Source of the DNA: Mobula hypostoma | Lineage: Eukaryota | Assembly: GCF_963921235.1 (NCBI RefSeq) | Contig: NC_086097.1 | Span: forward strand, 17,112,001 to 17,176,000 | Length of the DNA: 64,000 nt | Direction: 5' to 3' | Shown: piece by piece, positions 48,938 to 62,100 of the stretch | Position numbering within the stretch: position 1 is the stretch's first letter | Layout: each line of letters begins with the position of its first letter | Made by a program: the position numbers and the translations under genes | The notes under the pieces: generated by a model | What the model was told of the DNA's origin: nothing | What the model saw: the letters and a program-made list of their open reading frames with translations, nothing else | Database searches by the model: none

Positions 48938-49945
48938 ATGTGGAGGATCAGAGGGATCTTGGGGTCCGAGTCCATAGGATGCTCAAAGCAGCTGTGCAGG
49001 TTGACGCTGTGGTTAAGAAGGCATACGGTGTATTGGCCTTCATCCTATTGCTGATGACACAAAGGTTGGGGGTGTTGTGGATAGTGTGGAGGGCAGTCAG
49101 AGGTTACAGTGGGACATTGATAGGATGCAATGTAAAGTAGCAGATGGAGTTCAACCCAGATAAGTGTGAAGTGGTTCATTTTGGTAGGTCCAATATGATG
49201 GCAGATTATAGTATTAATGGTAAGACTCTTGGCAGTGTGAAGGATCAGAGGGATCTTGGGGTCCGAGTCCATAGGACACTCAAAGCAGCTGCGTAGGTTG
49301 ACTCTGTGGTTAAGAAGACATACGGTGTATTGGCCTTCATCCATCATGGAATTGAATTTAGGAGCTGAGAGGTAATGTTGCAGCTATATAGGACCCTGGT
49401 CAGACCCCATTTGGAGTACTGTGCTCAGTTCTGATCGCCTCACTACAGGAAGGATGTAGAAGCCATAGAAAGGGTGCAGAGGAGATTTACAAGGATGTTG
49501 CCTGGATTGGGGAGCATGCCTTATGAAAACAGGTTGAGTGAACTTGGCCTTTTCTCCTTGGAGCGATGGAGGATGAGAGGTGACCTGATAGAGGTGTATA
49601 AGATGATGAGAGGCATTGATCGTGTGGATAGGCAGAGGCTTTTTCCCAGGGCTGAAATGGTTGCCACTAGAGAACACAGGTTTAAAGTGCTGGGGAGTAG
49701 GTACAGAGGTGACGTCAGGGGTAAGTTTTTTACTCAGAGAATGGTGAGTGCGTGGAGTGGGCTGCTGGCAACGGTGGTGGAGGGGGATACAATAGGGTCT
49801 TTTAAGAGACTTTTGGGTAGGTACATGGAGCTTAGAAAAATAGAGGGCTATGGGGATGTCTGGTAATTTCTAAGATAGGGACATGTTCAGCACAGCTTTG
49901 TGGGCCGAAGGGCCTGTATTGTGCTGTAGGTTTTTTATGTTTCTA
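48938..49945 (+). mobile_element. CR1 family C, 5'-truncated with duplicated 5' segment
   Basis: ADDTKVGGVVDS to 3' tail; ORF 49474-49866; 48939-49044 repeats about 49236-49341. Confidence 0.9.
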
Positions 49946-50587
49946 TTTAAGGGAAAGGATGAATGTGCTGGTGGAGCTACATGCAAATTCAAGAAGGCAA
50001 TCTTTTATGCAGAAATAGGGCCAGACACAAATGTTATATTGACAAATTTACTTTGCACGTAAATAAGGTCCCTTTAACAAAGTAGTTAAGAAGTAGCAAA
50101 ACCCCCACCCAGCAATTTAGAGTTCATAGAGAGGTATAAGTATGGGAACTACAGTATAATCAGAGATCCGAAAGATGATAAGCAATTACTTGGTTATTAT
50201 AAAAGATCCACTGTGGATTGTGAGTTCAGTACATTTTGAGAACAGATGATAAGTGGTAGGCATGCAGTGTGTGTGCACTAATGCAGGAACGTAATAGTCC
50301 AAGTTCTGGCTCGCAGAGTATGTCCACTAACACAAAGAAATCAACAAGAGTTCCAAAATTCAGTCTGGGTTAAGTATTGCAAAAAAAAACAGAGCAAACC
50401 TCTCCACTGTTGTTGTTAGAACAACTGAGCTCAGATCATTTGGTTTAGCTGCTGAGAGTCATGCTGTAGAGTCATTGAGGTATACAGCGTGGAATCAGGC
50501 CCTTTAACCCAACTCATCCATGCCAAAACCAAGTTGCCATTCTGAGTTAGTCCTAATTGACTATGTTTGGTGCATATCCCTCTGAAC

Positions 50588-50667
50588 CAGGTGTTCCCAA
50601 CCTTCTTAATGCCGTGGACCCCTACCATTAATCGAGGGGTCTGTAGACCCCAGGTTGGGAACCCCTG
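50588..50667. mobile_element. hAT-Charlie-type MITE (80 bp)
   Basis: TIRs CAGGTGTTCCCAACC / GGTTGGGAACCCCTG; 8-bp flanks CTCTGAAC / GTCTAGAC resembling the NTCTAGAN target. Confidence 0.8.
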
Positions 50668-51201
50668 GTCTAGACCTTTCCTATCCTTGTCCCTGTCCAA
50701 ATATCTTTTAAATATTGTAATTTTACCTGCCCCTTCCACTTCCTCTGGTGGCTTACAACTCCATATACACTTCACCCTTTCTGTGAAAATTTTGTCCCTC
50801 AACTCCTCTACCCTGAGAAAATGACTGTAAACATACACCTTATCTGTATCCCTTGTGATTTTATACTCATCTACAAGACTCCCAGATTCCAGGGAAAACG
50901 GTCTCAGCCCATCCAGTCTCTGCTTATAACCTAAGCCCTTTAGTTTGAGAAATATCCTTGTGAACCTTTTCTGCATCCTGTTTATAGCATGGTGGCCAGA
51001 ATTGTATATACTAGTTCAGTTGTGGTCCCAATAATATCTTGTACAGCTGTAACATAATATCCCAATTCTTGCATTCAGTGCGATGGCCAATGAAAGCAAG
51101 CCCACCACATCTTTCATTATATTATGCTTCAGAACGTATCTGTTCTTTTCCTTGAATTCCCAAATTTCCATGTCTTTCTCCACATAGTGATGAGAAGTAT
51201 C

Positions 51202-52170
51202 TGTCATGGTCCGGTCTGTAAAGTCTGCTTTCTGTTTCACGGTCCGGTCCATTGTTCCTTATTCCAGGTTTTCCGGTTTTCTCTTGTTCTGTTGGATGCT
51301 CTAATTGAAGCACTCGATTCTCATTTTGGGCTGGCTACATAAATAGCCCCTGGGGTCAGCTTCATTTGCTGGACTGTTCCCTTCCCTTCTCCTGAAGCCT
51401 TTGCCCTTGCCCTTGCCTGTATTGCTGTCAAGTTCTAATGCTGGAGCAAGCTGGAGCCTTGCTGTGTCTAGGTAAGGAACTGTCTATTGTTGATTGGAAC
51501 TGTCTGTCTGTGTCCATGCCTTTGCTAGGTAGGTCTGGCTGTTTGCTGCTACCTTTTGCTGGGAACTGCCACTCTGTGTTCCGTGTATGAGTGCCAGCCC
51601 TAAGTCCTGTCCCCAAGGAGGGGTCCTGGCTCTGTGTTCCTGTTCTGCTACGACCAAGTCTCTGTGTTCCTGTTCTGCCACGACCAAGTCAAGGATTCGA
51701 GGTCTCGTCCTGTCCATGTGCCTCGTCCTGTGCAGGAGTTCCTCATCCAGTCCTGAAGGCATGTTATGTCTTTGCCTACTTCTGGAGTCTGAGCCCGAGT
51801 CAAGACCCAGGTTCTGGGTTCTTGCTCAGTCTCTGGCTCAGAGTCCATACCCAAGCCTTGAAGAACCCAAGCCATGTCCAGTCCTGTAGCCACGTCATGT
51901 CCTCGCCTAGTTCCGGGGTCTGAGCCCGAGTCAAGACCCAGCTTCTGGCTCGGAGTCCTAGCCCAGGCTCCTAGTTCCTTGTCCTGATTCCGCTTTCCTA
52001 GTCAAGTCCTAGCCCAGGCCCTGTATCCTAGTCTCATCCAGGGCCTGCGTCAATGTCCAGTGTCATTTCTTCCCCACTTCCCTTGCTTTCTTGACAAACC
52101 TAGTCCTGTTCCTTGTACTTCAGTGTCTGTGTCTTACATTTGGGTCTGCCTTCAGTGCCCCCTTATGACA
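51202..52170 (+). mobile_element. Solo LTR (Gypsy-like)
   Basis: TGTCAT...ATGACA termini; 5-bp duplication GTATC/GTATT; TATA-like CATAAATA near 51338; homologous to 1-1172. Confidence 0.85.
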
Positions 52171-52439
52171 GTATTTGCTTAAGACTTCAATTGTCTCCTG
52201 TGTATCCATGCAGACAACCATACTGATTCTTAAGGGGCCTGTTTTCCTCCTAGTCATCTTGTTGCTCCTCATATACTTAAAGTCTCTTAAGATTGTAGTT
52301 TACTTTATCTGCTAAAGATATCACATGCTCTCCTTTTTTTTGTCCTGATTTCCTTCTTAAGTATTCTCCAATATCACTTATATCCCTCAGGTGATTCATT
52401 TGATCCCTGCTGCTCATTCCTAATATATTCCTCCTTCTA

Positions 52440-53668
52440 TGAGCCTGATTGAATTTTTTGAGGACGTGATTAAACTCATTGATGATGGTGGAGCAGTGTA
52501 AATGGATTTCAGCAAGGCATTTGACAAGGTACTCCGTGCAAGGCTTATTGAGAAACTAAGGAGGCATGGGATCCAAGGGGAAATTGCTTTGTGGATCCAG
52601 ATCTGGCTTGCTCATAGAAGGCAAAGAGTGGTTGGAGACGGGTCATATTCTGCATGGAGGTCGGTTACCAGTGGCGTGCCTCTGGGATCTGTTCTGGGAC
52701 CCCCATTTTTCGTGATTTTTATAAATGACCTGGATGAAGAAGTGGAGGGATAGGTTAGTAAGTTTGCTGATGACACAAAGGTTGGAGGTGTTGTGGATAG
52801 TGTGGAGGGCTGTCAGAGGTTACAGCGGGACATTGATAGGATGCAAGACTGGGCTGAGAAGTGGCAGATGGAGTTCAACGCAGATAAGTGTGAAGTGGTT
52901 CATTTTGGTAGTTCAGATATGATGGCAGGATATAGAATTAATGGTAAGACACTTGGTAGTGTGGAGAATCAGAGGGATCTTGGGGTCCGAGTCCATAGGA
53001 CGTTCAAAGTAGCTGCGCAGGTTGAATCTGTGGTTAAGAAGGCATACAGTATATTGGCCTTCATCAATCATGGAATTGAATTTAGGAGCCATGGGGTAAT
53101 GTTACAGCTATATAGGACTCTGGTCAGACCCCACTTGGAATAGTGTGGTCGGTTCTGGTTGCCTCACTATAGGAAGGACGTGGAAACCATAGAAAGGGTG
53201 CAGAGGAGGATTACAGGTATGTTGCCTGGATTGGGGAGCATGCCTTATGAAAACAGGTTGAGTGAACTCGGCCTTTTTTTCCATGGAGCGACAGAAGATG
53301 AGAGGTGACCTGATAGAGGTGTATAAGATGAGAGGCATCAATCGTGTCGATAGTCAGAGGCTTTTTCCCAGGGCTGAAATGCCTAGCATGAGAGGGCATA
53401 GTTTTAAGGTACTTGGAAGTAGGTACAGAGGAGATATCAGGGGTAAGATTTTTACGCAGAGAGTGGTGAGTGTGTGGAATGGGCTGCCGGTGATGGTGGT
53501 GGAGGCGGACACGATAGGGTCTTTTTAGAGACCCCTGGACAGGTATATGGAGCTCAGCAAAATAGACGGCTATAGGTAACCCTAGGTAATTTCTCAGGTA
53601 AGGAGATGTTTGGCATGGCTTTGTGGGCCGAATGGCCTGTATTGTGCTGTAGGTTTTCTATGATTCTT
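52440..53668 (+). mobile_element. CR1 family C, RT and 3' end, decayed
   Basis: [42 protein letters not shown] motifs with stops and frameshifts. Confidence 0.92.
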
Positions 53669-54499
53669 TTTCCCGACCAAAGCTTCAATACCCCTCATTA
53701 GCCAAGGTTCCCTAATCATGCCATCTTGTCCTTCAAATCAACAGGAATGTGTTGGCCCTGAACTCTCCCTATCTCATGCAAGCAGGAGATGGTGTAGGAA
53801 TGAAAGCATGTGGCAGGCTTGCTTTCATTAGCCATCACACTGAATGCAAGAATTGGGATATTATGTATGCAAGGGTAGACTAAAACATGTTCTCCACAAC
53901 CATCAGTTCACTTTACCCAGCAGTAAGTTTAGTAACTAATCACAGGCTGCGATAGTCATCAGCCACTGCTAACCATGTAAGGTCAGTTTTAGCTCCGTCA
54001 TCTCAGGATGGCCCCTTGAGGAGGAAGAGAAATGGCCATGCTGAGATTCATGATGCACAAGAGATGGGACCAAGAGATTCAAGGAGAAACGGTGGGGTAG
54101 GTGGGGAAGGTGGAAGGCACCAACATAACTAGCCATTTGATAAGTTAGACATCAACTAACTTTGCTTAAAAACAATCCCAATAAATTAAATTATTCATTG
54201 AATAGGTCACTACCTTAGGTAATGCCCTTCACCTTTAACCTGTCAGACTTGTCCATTTGGTACAACCTATATCTGAAGCAGTGGTTGAATCTCTGCTCTT
54301 TATCACTTCACAATTTGGGTATATATACATAAACAGGATTGCTATTTTTACTTGAGTGTGGGTCATTGCCGTTCTCAATCCTTCTTCACTGTTTACCCAT
54401 AATTTAGCATATGAAAATGTCTGATATTTTTGCAGAGTAAGAAGCCAGGAGCCAAAGCACAGGAAGTGGTAATATTTTCCTTGGCACAAGAAAATTTAA

Positions 54500-55125
54500 T
54501 CAAGGTTCAAAGTAAATTTATTAACAAAGTATGTATATGTTACCATATAAGAACTCGAGATTCATTTTCTTGCAGGCATTAACAGGGAAATAGAAGTACA
54601 AAGAAATTTATTGAAAACTATACATAAACAGACAAAGCCTGACAACCAAAAAGAGATAAACTGCCCAAATAAAAAATAATACTGAGAACATGAGTTGTAG
54701 AGAGTTTTTGAAAGTGAATCTGTAGATTGTTGAATCATTTCAGGGTTGTGGTGAGTGAAGTTAACCACAATGATTCAGGAGCTTGATGCCTGTAGGGTAA
54801 TAATTGTTCCTGAACCTGGTGGTGTTAGATAAGAATAAACATCCAGCCTGATGGTAGTAGCAGGAAGTGAGTATGGCCTGGATGCAGGGGGTCTTTGATG
54901 ATGGATGCTGATTTCTTGTGGCAATGCTTCAGGTAAATATATTCAATCGCGAGGAAGGCTTTGCCGGTGATGGACTGACAGGTAACCACCTACTTTCTGT
55001 GGTCTTTTTCATTCCTGGGCATTGGTGTTTCCATACCAGGCTGTGGTGCAACAAGTTTAGATACTCTCCATTGTGCAAATATACACAATTTTCTAAGAAA
55101 GTAAAGGCGTTGTCATGCCTTCTTT
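54500..55125 (-). mobile_element. Rex1/Babar 3' part, decayed
   Basis: Tail TCAAGGTTCAAAGTAAATTTATT and body similar to 40420-40830. Confidence 0.7.
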
Positions 55126-55976
55126 GTAAAAAGATAGCTAAACCAGGATAAACAGAGGGAAGCTGGCTCATTAGCAGATGGTTCAAGCAACTTGGACAGA
55201 TGATACAAGAGATGTGTAAGTGAAAATGGTTTTCTCAGAGTGGTGATGATCTAGCATTCATGACGTATAATGGAGCTGAAAATAAAATCCATCGGGGCTT
55301 TCTAAAGGGCCTGAGATAAGCATAGGGGATAACCTATAGGACCATGGGGAGTGATGGGATTGCTCAACAAGTCATTGATACAGACTCAGTCAATAATATA
55401 AATAATAATTATAATGACATTCAGAACTGGGAGACACACAGAGACTTGACAAGCTCCTGTGAGATTCCTTCAAAGACAAATAAATGCTTTGGGTGGGTGG
55501 CGTTGTTTTGTAATTTAAATTCTTTGTCTGGATTTTTCATCCAAAATAATTATATATGGAAGAAAACATAATTAATACATGGATCAATTGATAATAATGA
55601 GTCCGTGGAAACCTCCTGAAAGTGCAGAGATAGTCATTCCAGAATGAAATGAAGAGATGAAGATCCCAATTCTCCTTCATGCCCCTCTCAGGCACGTACC
55701 TACGCATAGGCACACACAGACTCACACAGACTCACGCTCTGATGTACTCAGTCTCACTAACGCACACTTGTGAGCCATAGAGAAGTGCAGCTCAAGTCCT
55801 TGCTGCCAATCAAACATCCAATGTAACACTAATCCCATCCTAACCCATGTTAATCCACTCACATTCTCACCAGTTGCCCCAGTTTCTGCCACTCCTCTTC
55901 ATGGTAGGGTCAATTTAGAGTGGCAAGTTTACCTATCAACCCACACATATTAGGATGTGGGAGCAAGTCCCATATA

Positions 55977-58343
55977 TAGAAACATAGAAACATAAAAAAT
56001 AGGTGCAGGAGTAGGCCATTCGGCCCTTCGAGCCTGCACCGCCATTTATTATGATCATGGCTGATCATCCAACTCAGAAACCCGCCCCAGCCTTCCCTCC
56101 ATACCCCCTGACCCCTGTAGCCACAGGGGCCATATCTAACTGCCTCTTAAACATAGCCAATGAACTGGCCTCAACAGTTTCCTGTGGCAGAGAATTCCAC
56201 AGATTCACCACTCTCTGTGTGAAGAAGTTTTTCCTAATCTCGGTCCTAAAAGGCTTCCCCTCTATCCTCAAACTGTGACCCCTCGTTCTGGACTTCCCCA
56301 ACATCGGGAACAATCTTCCTGCATCTAGCCTGTCCAATCCCTTTAGGATCTTATACGTTTCAATCAGATCCCCCCTCAATCTTCTAAATTCCAACGAGTA
56401 CAAGCCCAGTTCATCCAGTCTTTCTTCATATGAAAGTCCTGCCATCCCAGGAATCAATCTGGTGAATCCCTCTATGGCAAAGATGTCTTTCCTCAGGTTA
56501 GGGGACCAAAACTGAACACAATACTCCAGGTGTGGTCTCACCAAGGCCTTGTACAACTGCAGTAGTACCTCCCTGCTCCTGTACTCGAATCCTCTCGCTA
56601 TAAATGCCAGCATACCATTCGCCTTTTTCACCGCCTGCTGTACCTGCATGCCCACTTTCAATGACTGGTGTATAATGACACCCAGGTCTCGTTGCACCTC
56701 CCCTTTTCCTAATCGGCCACCATTCAGATAATAATCTGTTTTCCTATTTTTGCCACCAAAGTGGATAACTTCACATTTATCCACATTAAATTGCATCTGC
56801 CATGAGTTTGCCCACTCACCCAACCTATCCAAGTCACCCTGCATCCTCTTAGCATCCTCCTCACTGCTAACACTGCCACCCAGCTTCGTGTCATCCGCAA
56901 ACTTGGAGATGCTGCATTTAATTCCCTCATCCAAGTCATTAATATATATTGTAAACAACTGGGGTCCCAGCACTGAGCCTTGCGGTACCCCACTAGTCAC
57001 CGCCTGCCATTCTGAAAAGGTCCCGTTTATTCCCACTCTTTGCTTCCTGTCTGCTAACCAATTCTCCACCCACACCAATACCTTACCCCCAATACCGTGT
57101 GCTTTAAGTTTGCACACTAATCTCCTGTGTGGGACCTTGTCAAAAGCCTTTTGAAAATCCAAATATACCACATCCACTGATTCTCCCCTATCCACTCTAC
57201 TAGTTACATCCTCAAAAAATTCTATGAGATTTGTCAGACATGATTTTCCTTTCACAAATCCATGCTGACTTTGTCCGATCATTTCACTGCTTTCCAAATG
57301 TGCTGTTATCACATCCTTGATAACTGACTCCAGCAGTTTCCCCACCACCGACGTTAGGCTAACTGGTCTATAATTCCCCGGTTTCTCTCTCCCTCCTTTT
57401 TTAAAAAGTGGGGTTACATTAGCCACCCTCCAATCCTCAGGAACTAGTCCAGAATCTAACGAGTTTTGAAAAATTATCACTAATGCATCCACTATTTCTT
57501 GGGCTACTTCCTTAAGCACTCTGGGATGCAGACCATCTGGCCCTGGGGATTTATCTGCCTTCAATCCCTTCAATTTACCTAACACCACTTCCCTACTAAC
57601 ATGTATTTCACTCAGTTCCTCCATCTCACTGGACTCTCTGTCCCTTACTATTTCTGGAAGATTATTTATGTCCTCCTTAGTGAAGACAGAACCAAAGTAA
57701 TTATTCAATTGGTCTGCCATGTCCTTGCTCCCCATAATCAATTCACCTGTTTCTGTCTGCAGGGGACCTACATTTGTCTTTACCAGTCTTTTCCTTTTTA
57801 CATATCTATAAAAGCTTTTACAGTCCGTTTTTATGTTCCCCGCCAGTTTTCTCTCATAATCTTTTCTCCCCTTCCTAATTAAGCCCTTTGTCCTCCTCTG
57901 CTGAACTCTGAATTTCTCCCAGTCCTCAGGTGAGCCACTTTCTCTGCTAATTTGTATGCTACTTCTTTGGAATTGATACTATCCCTAATTTCTCTTGTCA
58001 GCCACGGGTGCACTACCTTCCTTGATTTATTCTTTTGCCAAACTGGGATGAACAATTGTTGTAGTTCATCCATGCAACCTTTAAATGCTTGCCATTGCAT
58101 ATCCACCGTCAATCCTTTAAGTGTCATTTGCCAGTCTATCTTAGCTAATTCACGTCTCATACCTTCAAAGTTACCCCTCTTTAGGTTCAGAACCTTTGTT
58201 TCTGAATTAACTATCTCACTCTCCATATTAATGAAGAATTCCACCATATTATGGTCACTCTTACCCAAGGGGCCTCTCACGACAAGATCGCTAATTAACC
58301 CTTCCTCATTGCTCAAAACCCAGTCTAGAATAGCCTGCTCTCT
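55977..58343 (-). mobile_element. CR1 family B, 5'-truncated, young, inserted in a V-type SINE
   Basis: Endonuclease end (REQAILDWVLSNE, SDHNMVEF), full RT, 3' UTR and (TTTCTATG)n-type tail; SINE halves on both sides. Confidence 0.96.
56074..57741 (-). CDS. CR1 ORF2 reverse transcriptase region, 555 codons open
   Basis: KSPGPDG, NYRPVSLTS, YLDFQKAFDKV, SGVPQGSVLGP, KFADD motifs; upstream frameshift near 57940 and no ORF1 or promoter, so probably not expressed. Confidence 0.7.
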   Translation of the reverse strand: MIMGSKDMADQLNNYFGSVFTKEDINNLPEIVRDRESSEMEELSEIHVSREVVLGKLKGLKADKSPGPDGLHPRVLKEVAQEIVDALVIIFQNSLDSGLVPEDWRVANVTPLFKKGGREKPGNYRPVSLTSVVGKLLESVIKDVITAHLESSEMIGQSQHGFVKGKSCLTNLIEFFEDVTSRVDRGESVDVVYLDFQKAFDKVPHRRLVCKLKAHGIGGKVLVWVENWLADRKQRVGINGTFSEWQAVTSGVPQGSVLGPQLFTIYINDLDEGIKCSISKFADDTKLGGSVSSEEDAKRMQGDLDRLGEWANSWQMQFNVDKCEVIHFGGKNRKTDYYLNGGRLGKGEVQRDLGVIIHQSLKVGMQVQQAVKKANGMLAFIARGFEYRSREVLLQLYKALVRPHLEYCVQFWSPNLRKDIFAIEGFTRLIPGMAGLSYEERLDELGLYSLEFRRLRGDLIETYKILKGLDRLDAGRLFPMLGKSRTRGHSLRIEGKPFRTEIRKNFFTQRVVNLWNSLPQETVEASSLAMFKRQLDMAPVATGVRGYGGKAGAGF

Positions 58344-59159
58344 GGGGGAAACCCATGTGGACACAAGGAGAATATGCAAACTCGACACAGTACCAGAGAT
58401 CAGGGTTGACCCCAGAATGCTGACCTGTGAGGCAGCTGCTCTGCTATCTGTGCCACTCTGCCTCCCAATACCCCCATAAGTTCTCAGACATACCGACATA
58501 TGGATAAACACCCATATTTACCCACTCTATTCATCTGCACGCACAAATGTACATTGACCACCGCATCAATGTGCATGCACAACAAGATACTTGAGTATAA
58601 GAAATGCAAGAGAACACTTAAGAAAGGAATCAGGAGGGCTAATAAAAGGCAAGGTTGCTCCAACAGACAAGATAAAGGCGAGCCCTGAGGGCTTCTACAG
58701 ATACATTAAGAACAAAAGGAACAAAATTTGCCTTCTGGAAGATCGGAGTAATAATCTATGCAAGGAGCTGAATGAGATGTGGGAGATCTTAAATGGATTT
58801 TTTGCATCTGCATTTACACAGAGTGTATAGAGGTCAGGAATTGCTGCAGCAAGGTCAGGGAAACTAAACGTTTTACAGGGCAGGAGGTGTTTGCTGTCAT
58901 GAGACCAATAAGGGTGGATGACTCCCCAGGGTCTGACGAGGTGTTCCCTCAGAGCCTGTGGCAGGCTAGTGCAGAAATTGCAGGGGCCCGAGTAGAGATA
59001 TTTAAAACATCCTTACGCATGGGTGAGGTGCCAGAGGATCAGAGGATAGCTAACTTTGTTCTGTTTTTTAAGAAATGTTCTAAGAATATCCCAGGAAGTT
59101 AAATGCCCATGAGCCTGACTTTAGTAGTGGGAAAGTTATTGGAAGATACTCTATGGAAT

Positions 59160-62100
59160 AAGTTAGATGAACTTGGTGCACAGTTTCAGATTGGCATTAT
59201 GAAGTTGTAGGCATTACAGAATCATGGCTGGAAGATTATAGCAGGGAGTTTAATGTCAAAGGATACACATTGTATCAAAAGGATAGGCTGGAAGGCATTG
59301 CTCTGTTGGTAAAAATGAAATCAAATCATTAGAAAGAGGTGACATGGGGTCGGAAGGTGTTGAATCATTGTGGATAGAGTTAAGGAACTGCGAGGGTAAA
59401 AGACCTTGAGGGGAGTTGTGTGCAGCCCCTCAAACAGTAGTAAGGATGTGTCCTACAAATTACAATGGGACATAGAAAATGCACACCAAAAGGGCAATGT
59501 TGCAATATTCATGGGGCACTTCAACATGCAAGTAGATTGGAAAAATCAGGTTGGTCCTGGATTACAGGAGGAGGAATTTCTAGAGTGCCTACGAGATGGC
59601 TTATTAGAGCAGCTCATGGTTGAGCCCACTAGAAGATCAGCTGTTCGGGATTGGGTATTGTGCAATGAACCAGAATTGATTACAGAGCTTAAAATAAAAG
59701 AACTGTTAGGGACAAGTGATCATAATATGATTGAGTTCATCCTGAAATTTAAGAAGGAGAAGCTAAAGTCAGATGTATTAGTATTACAGTGGAGTGAAAG
59801 AAATTACAGAGGCATGCGAGAGGAGTTGGCTAGAATTGATTGGAAAAGAACACTGGCAGGGATGATGGCAGAGCAGCAATGGCTGGAATATCTGGAAGTA
59901 ATTCGGAAGGGATAGGATATATACATCCCAAAGAGGAAGAAGTATTCTAAAGGAAAGATGACACAACCATGGCTAACAAGAGAAGTCAAAGCCAACATAA
60001 AAACCGAAAAGAGGGCATATAATAGAGCAAAAATTAGTGGAAAGTTAGGGGGCTGGGAATCTTTTAACCAACAGAAGGCAACTAAAAAGTAATAAGAAGG
60101 TAAAGATGGAATATGAAAGTAAGCTAGCCAATAATATTAAAGGGGATACCAAAAGTTTCTTCAGATGCATTATGTGTAAAAGAGAGGCGAGACTGGATTT
60201 TGGCCAACTGGAAAACAATGCTGGAGAGATAATAATGGGGGACAACGAAATAGCGGATGAACTGAATAAGTATTTTGCATCAGCGTTTACTGTGGAAGAC
60301 ATTATCTGTATGATGGAAATTCCATGCGTCAGGGTCATGAAGTGTGTGAAGTTACGATAACTAGACAGAAGATTCTTGGGAAAGATAGATAAGTCACCTG
60401 GACCAGATAGTGTGCACTACGGAGTTCTGAAAGAGGTGGCTGAAGAGATTGAGAAGGCATTAGTAATAATCTTTCAAGAATCTCTAGATTCTGGAAAAGT
60501 TCCAGGAGACTGGAAAATTGCAAATGTTACTCCACTCTTCAACGAGGGAGAGAGGCAGAAGAAAGGAAACTATAGGCCAGTTAGCCTGACCTCAGTGGTT
60601 GGGAAGATGTTGGAGTCAACTAGTAAGGATGGGGTCTATGGGTTCTTGAAAACTCATGGTAAAATAGGCTGCAGTCAGCATGGTTTCCTCAGGGGAAAAT
60701 GTTGCCTGACAAATCTGTTGGAATTCTTTGATGAAGTAACAAGCAGCATAGATTTTCAGCAAGCCTTTGACAAGGTGCCATGCTTGTGGCTACTTAACAA
60801 GCTATGAGTCCATGGTATAACACGAAAGATTCTAGCATAGATATAGCAATGGCTAATTGGCAGGATGCAAAAAGTAAGAATAAAGGAAGCACTTTCTGAC
60901 TGGCTGCTGGCGACTAGTGGTGTTCCACAGGAGAGTGTGCAGGGACCCTGATATTTTTACATTATATGTCAATGAATTGGATGATGGAATTGATGACTTT
61001 GTTGGAAAGTCTGCAGACGATGTGAAGATAGGTGGTGAGCTGGTAATTTTGAGGAAATAGAGGCTACAGAAGGTCTTAGACAGATTAGGGGAATGGGCAA
61101 AGAAATGGCAGATGGAATACAGTGTCAGGAAATGTATGGTCATGCACTTTGGTAGAAGAAATGAAAGGGTGGAGAAGAAAACACAAAAAACCGAGGTGCA
61201 AAGGAACTTGAGAGTCCTTGTGCAGGATTCTCCAAAAGTTAATTTGTAGCTTGAGTCTGTGATGAGGAAGGCAAATGCAAAGTTAGCATTAATTTCAAGA
61301 GGACTAGAATATAAAACGGACGCAGTGCACGACCGTTCCGAATGAATATCGATTATATGTAAGTAGGGGGCCGTGCACAATCCGGATTTGATGGAGACAG
61401 ACGTGAGAAGCACAGAGGAACACCTGGAGTAACTTCTGAAATGCCTGCTTCACTGCCGCTGCTACAGCGCGATCGAGAATCTCCTGAGACGAATGCCCCA
61501 AATCCTTGGCTTTGCCTATTGCCTTTTGCCGGGGCTGGGGTCAGAATGCTCGGCAGAGATGGTGCTCAGTGCTCAGTGTCAGAGAGCTGGTCGGAGGTTC
61601 GGAGTTTTCGGATGGACTTGGAGTTGGACTGTGGTTGGATGATTCCAGTATGCTGCATCGGCAAGTTGGCAGCGCTGGAGGTTTACCATATGCGTGAGAT
61701 GATGGGACTTTCGAGAGACTTTGAGACTATTATTGTGCCATGGTCTGTTCTTATCAAATTACGGTACTGCTTGCACTGTTGTAACTATATGTTATAATTA
61801 AGTGGTTTTTGTTAGTTTTTAAGTCGGTTTGTCACGTGTTTCCGTGATATCATTCTGGAAAAACATTGTATCATTCCTTAATGCATGCATTACTAAATGA
61901 CAATAAAAGGGGACTGCTTGTCCTCATAATTTAAAAAAAATCTAATCTAAAAGCACTGGTGAGTCTTCTCTTGGAGTATTGTGTGCAGGTTTGGGCTCCT
62001 TATCTTAGAGAGGATGTGCTGAAATTGGAGAGGGTTCAAAGGAGGTTCATGAAAATAATTTCAGGATGGAATGGCTTGTCATATGAAGAGCTTCTAATGG

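Larger units (their letters stand above)
50455..52440 (-). mobile_element. Old CR1 interrupted by a MITE and a solo LTR
   Basis: QKRFTRIF.KLKGLGYKQRLDGL motif in ORF 50431-50976; CR1-like sequence resumes after 52170. Confidence 0.65.

Noticed and set aside
1..52170. The two LTRs as ends of one giant provirus
   Set aside because: The second has its own 5-bp duplication, the copies differ in structure, and no PBS, gag or pol lies between them.
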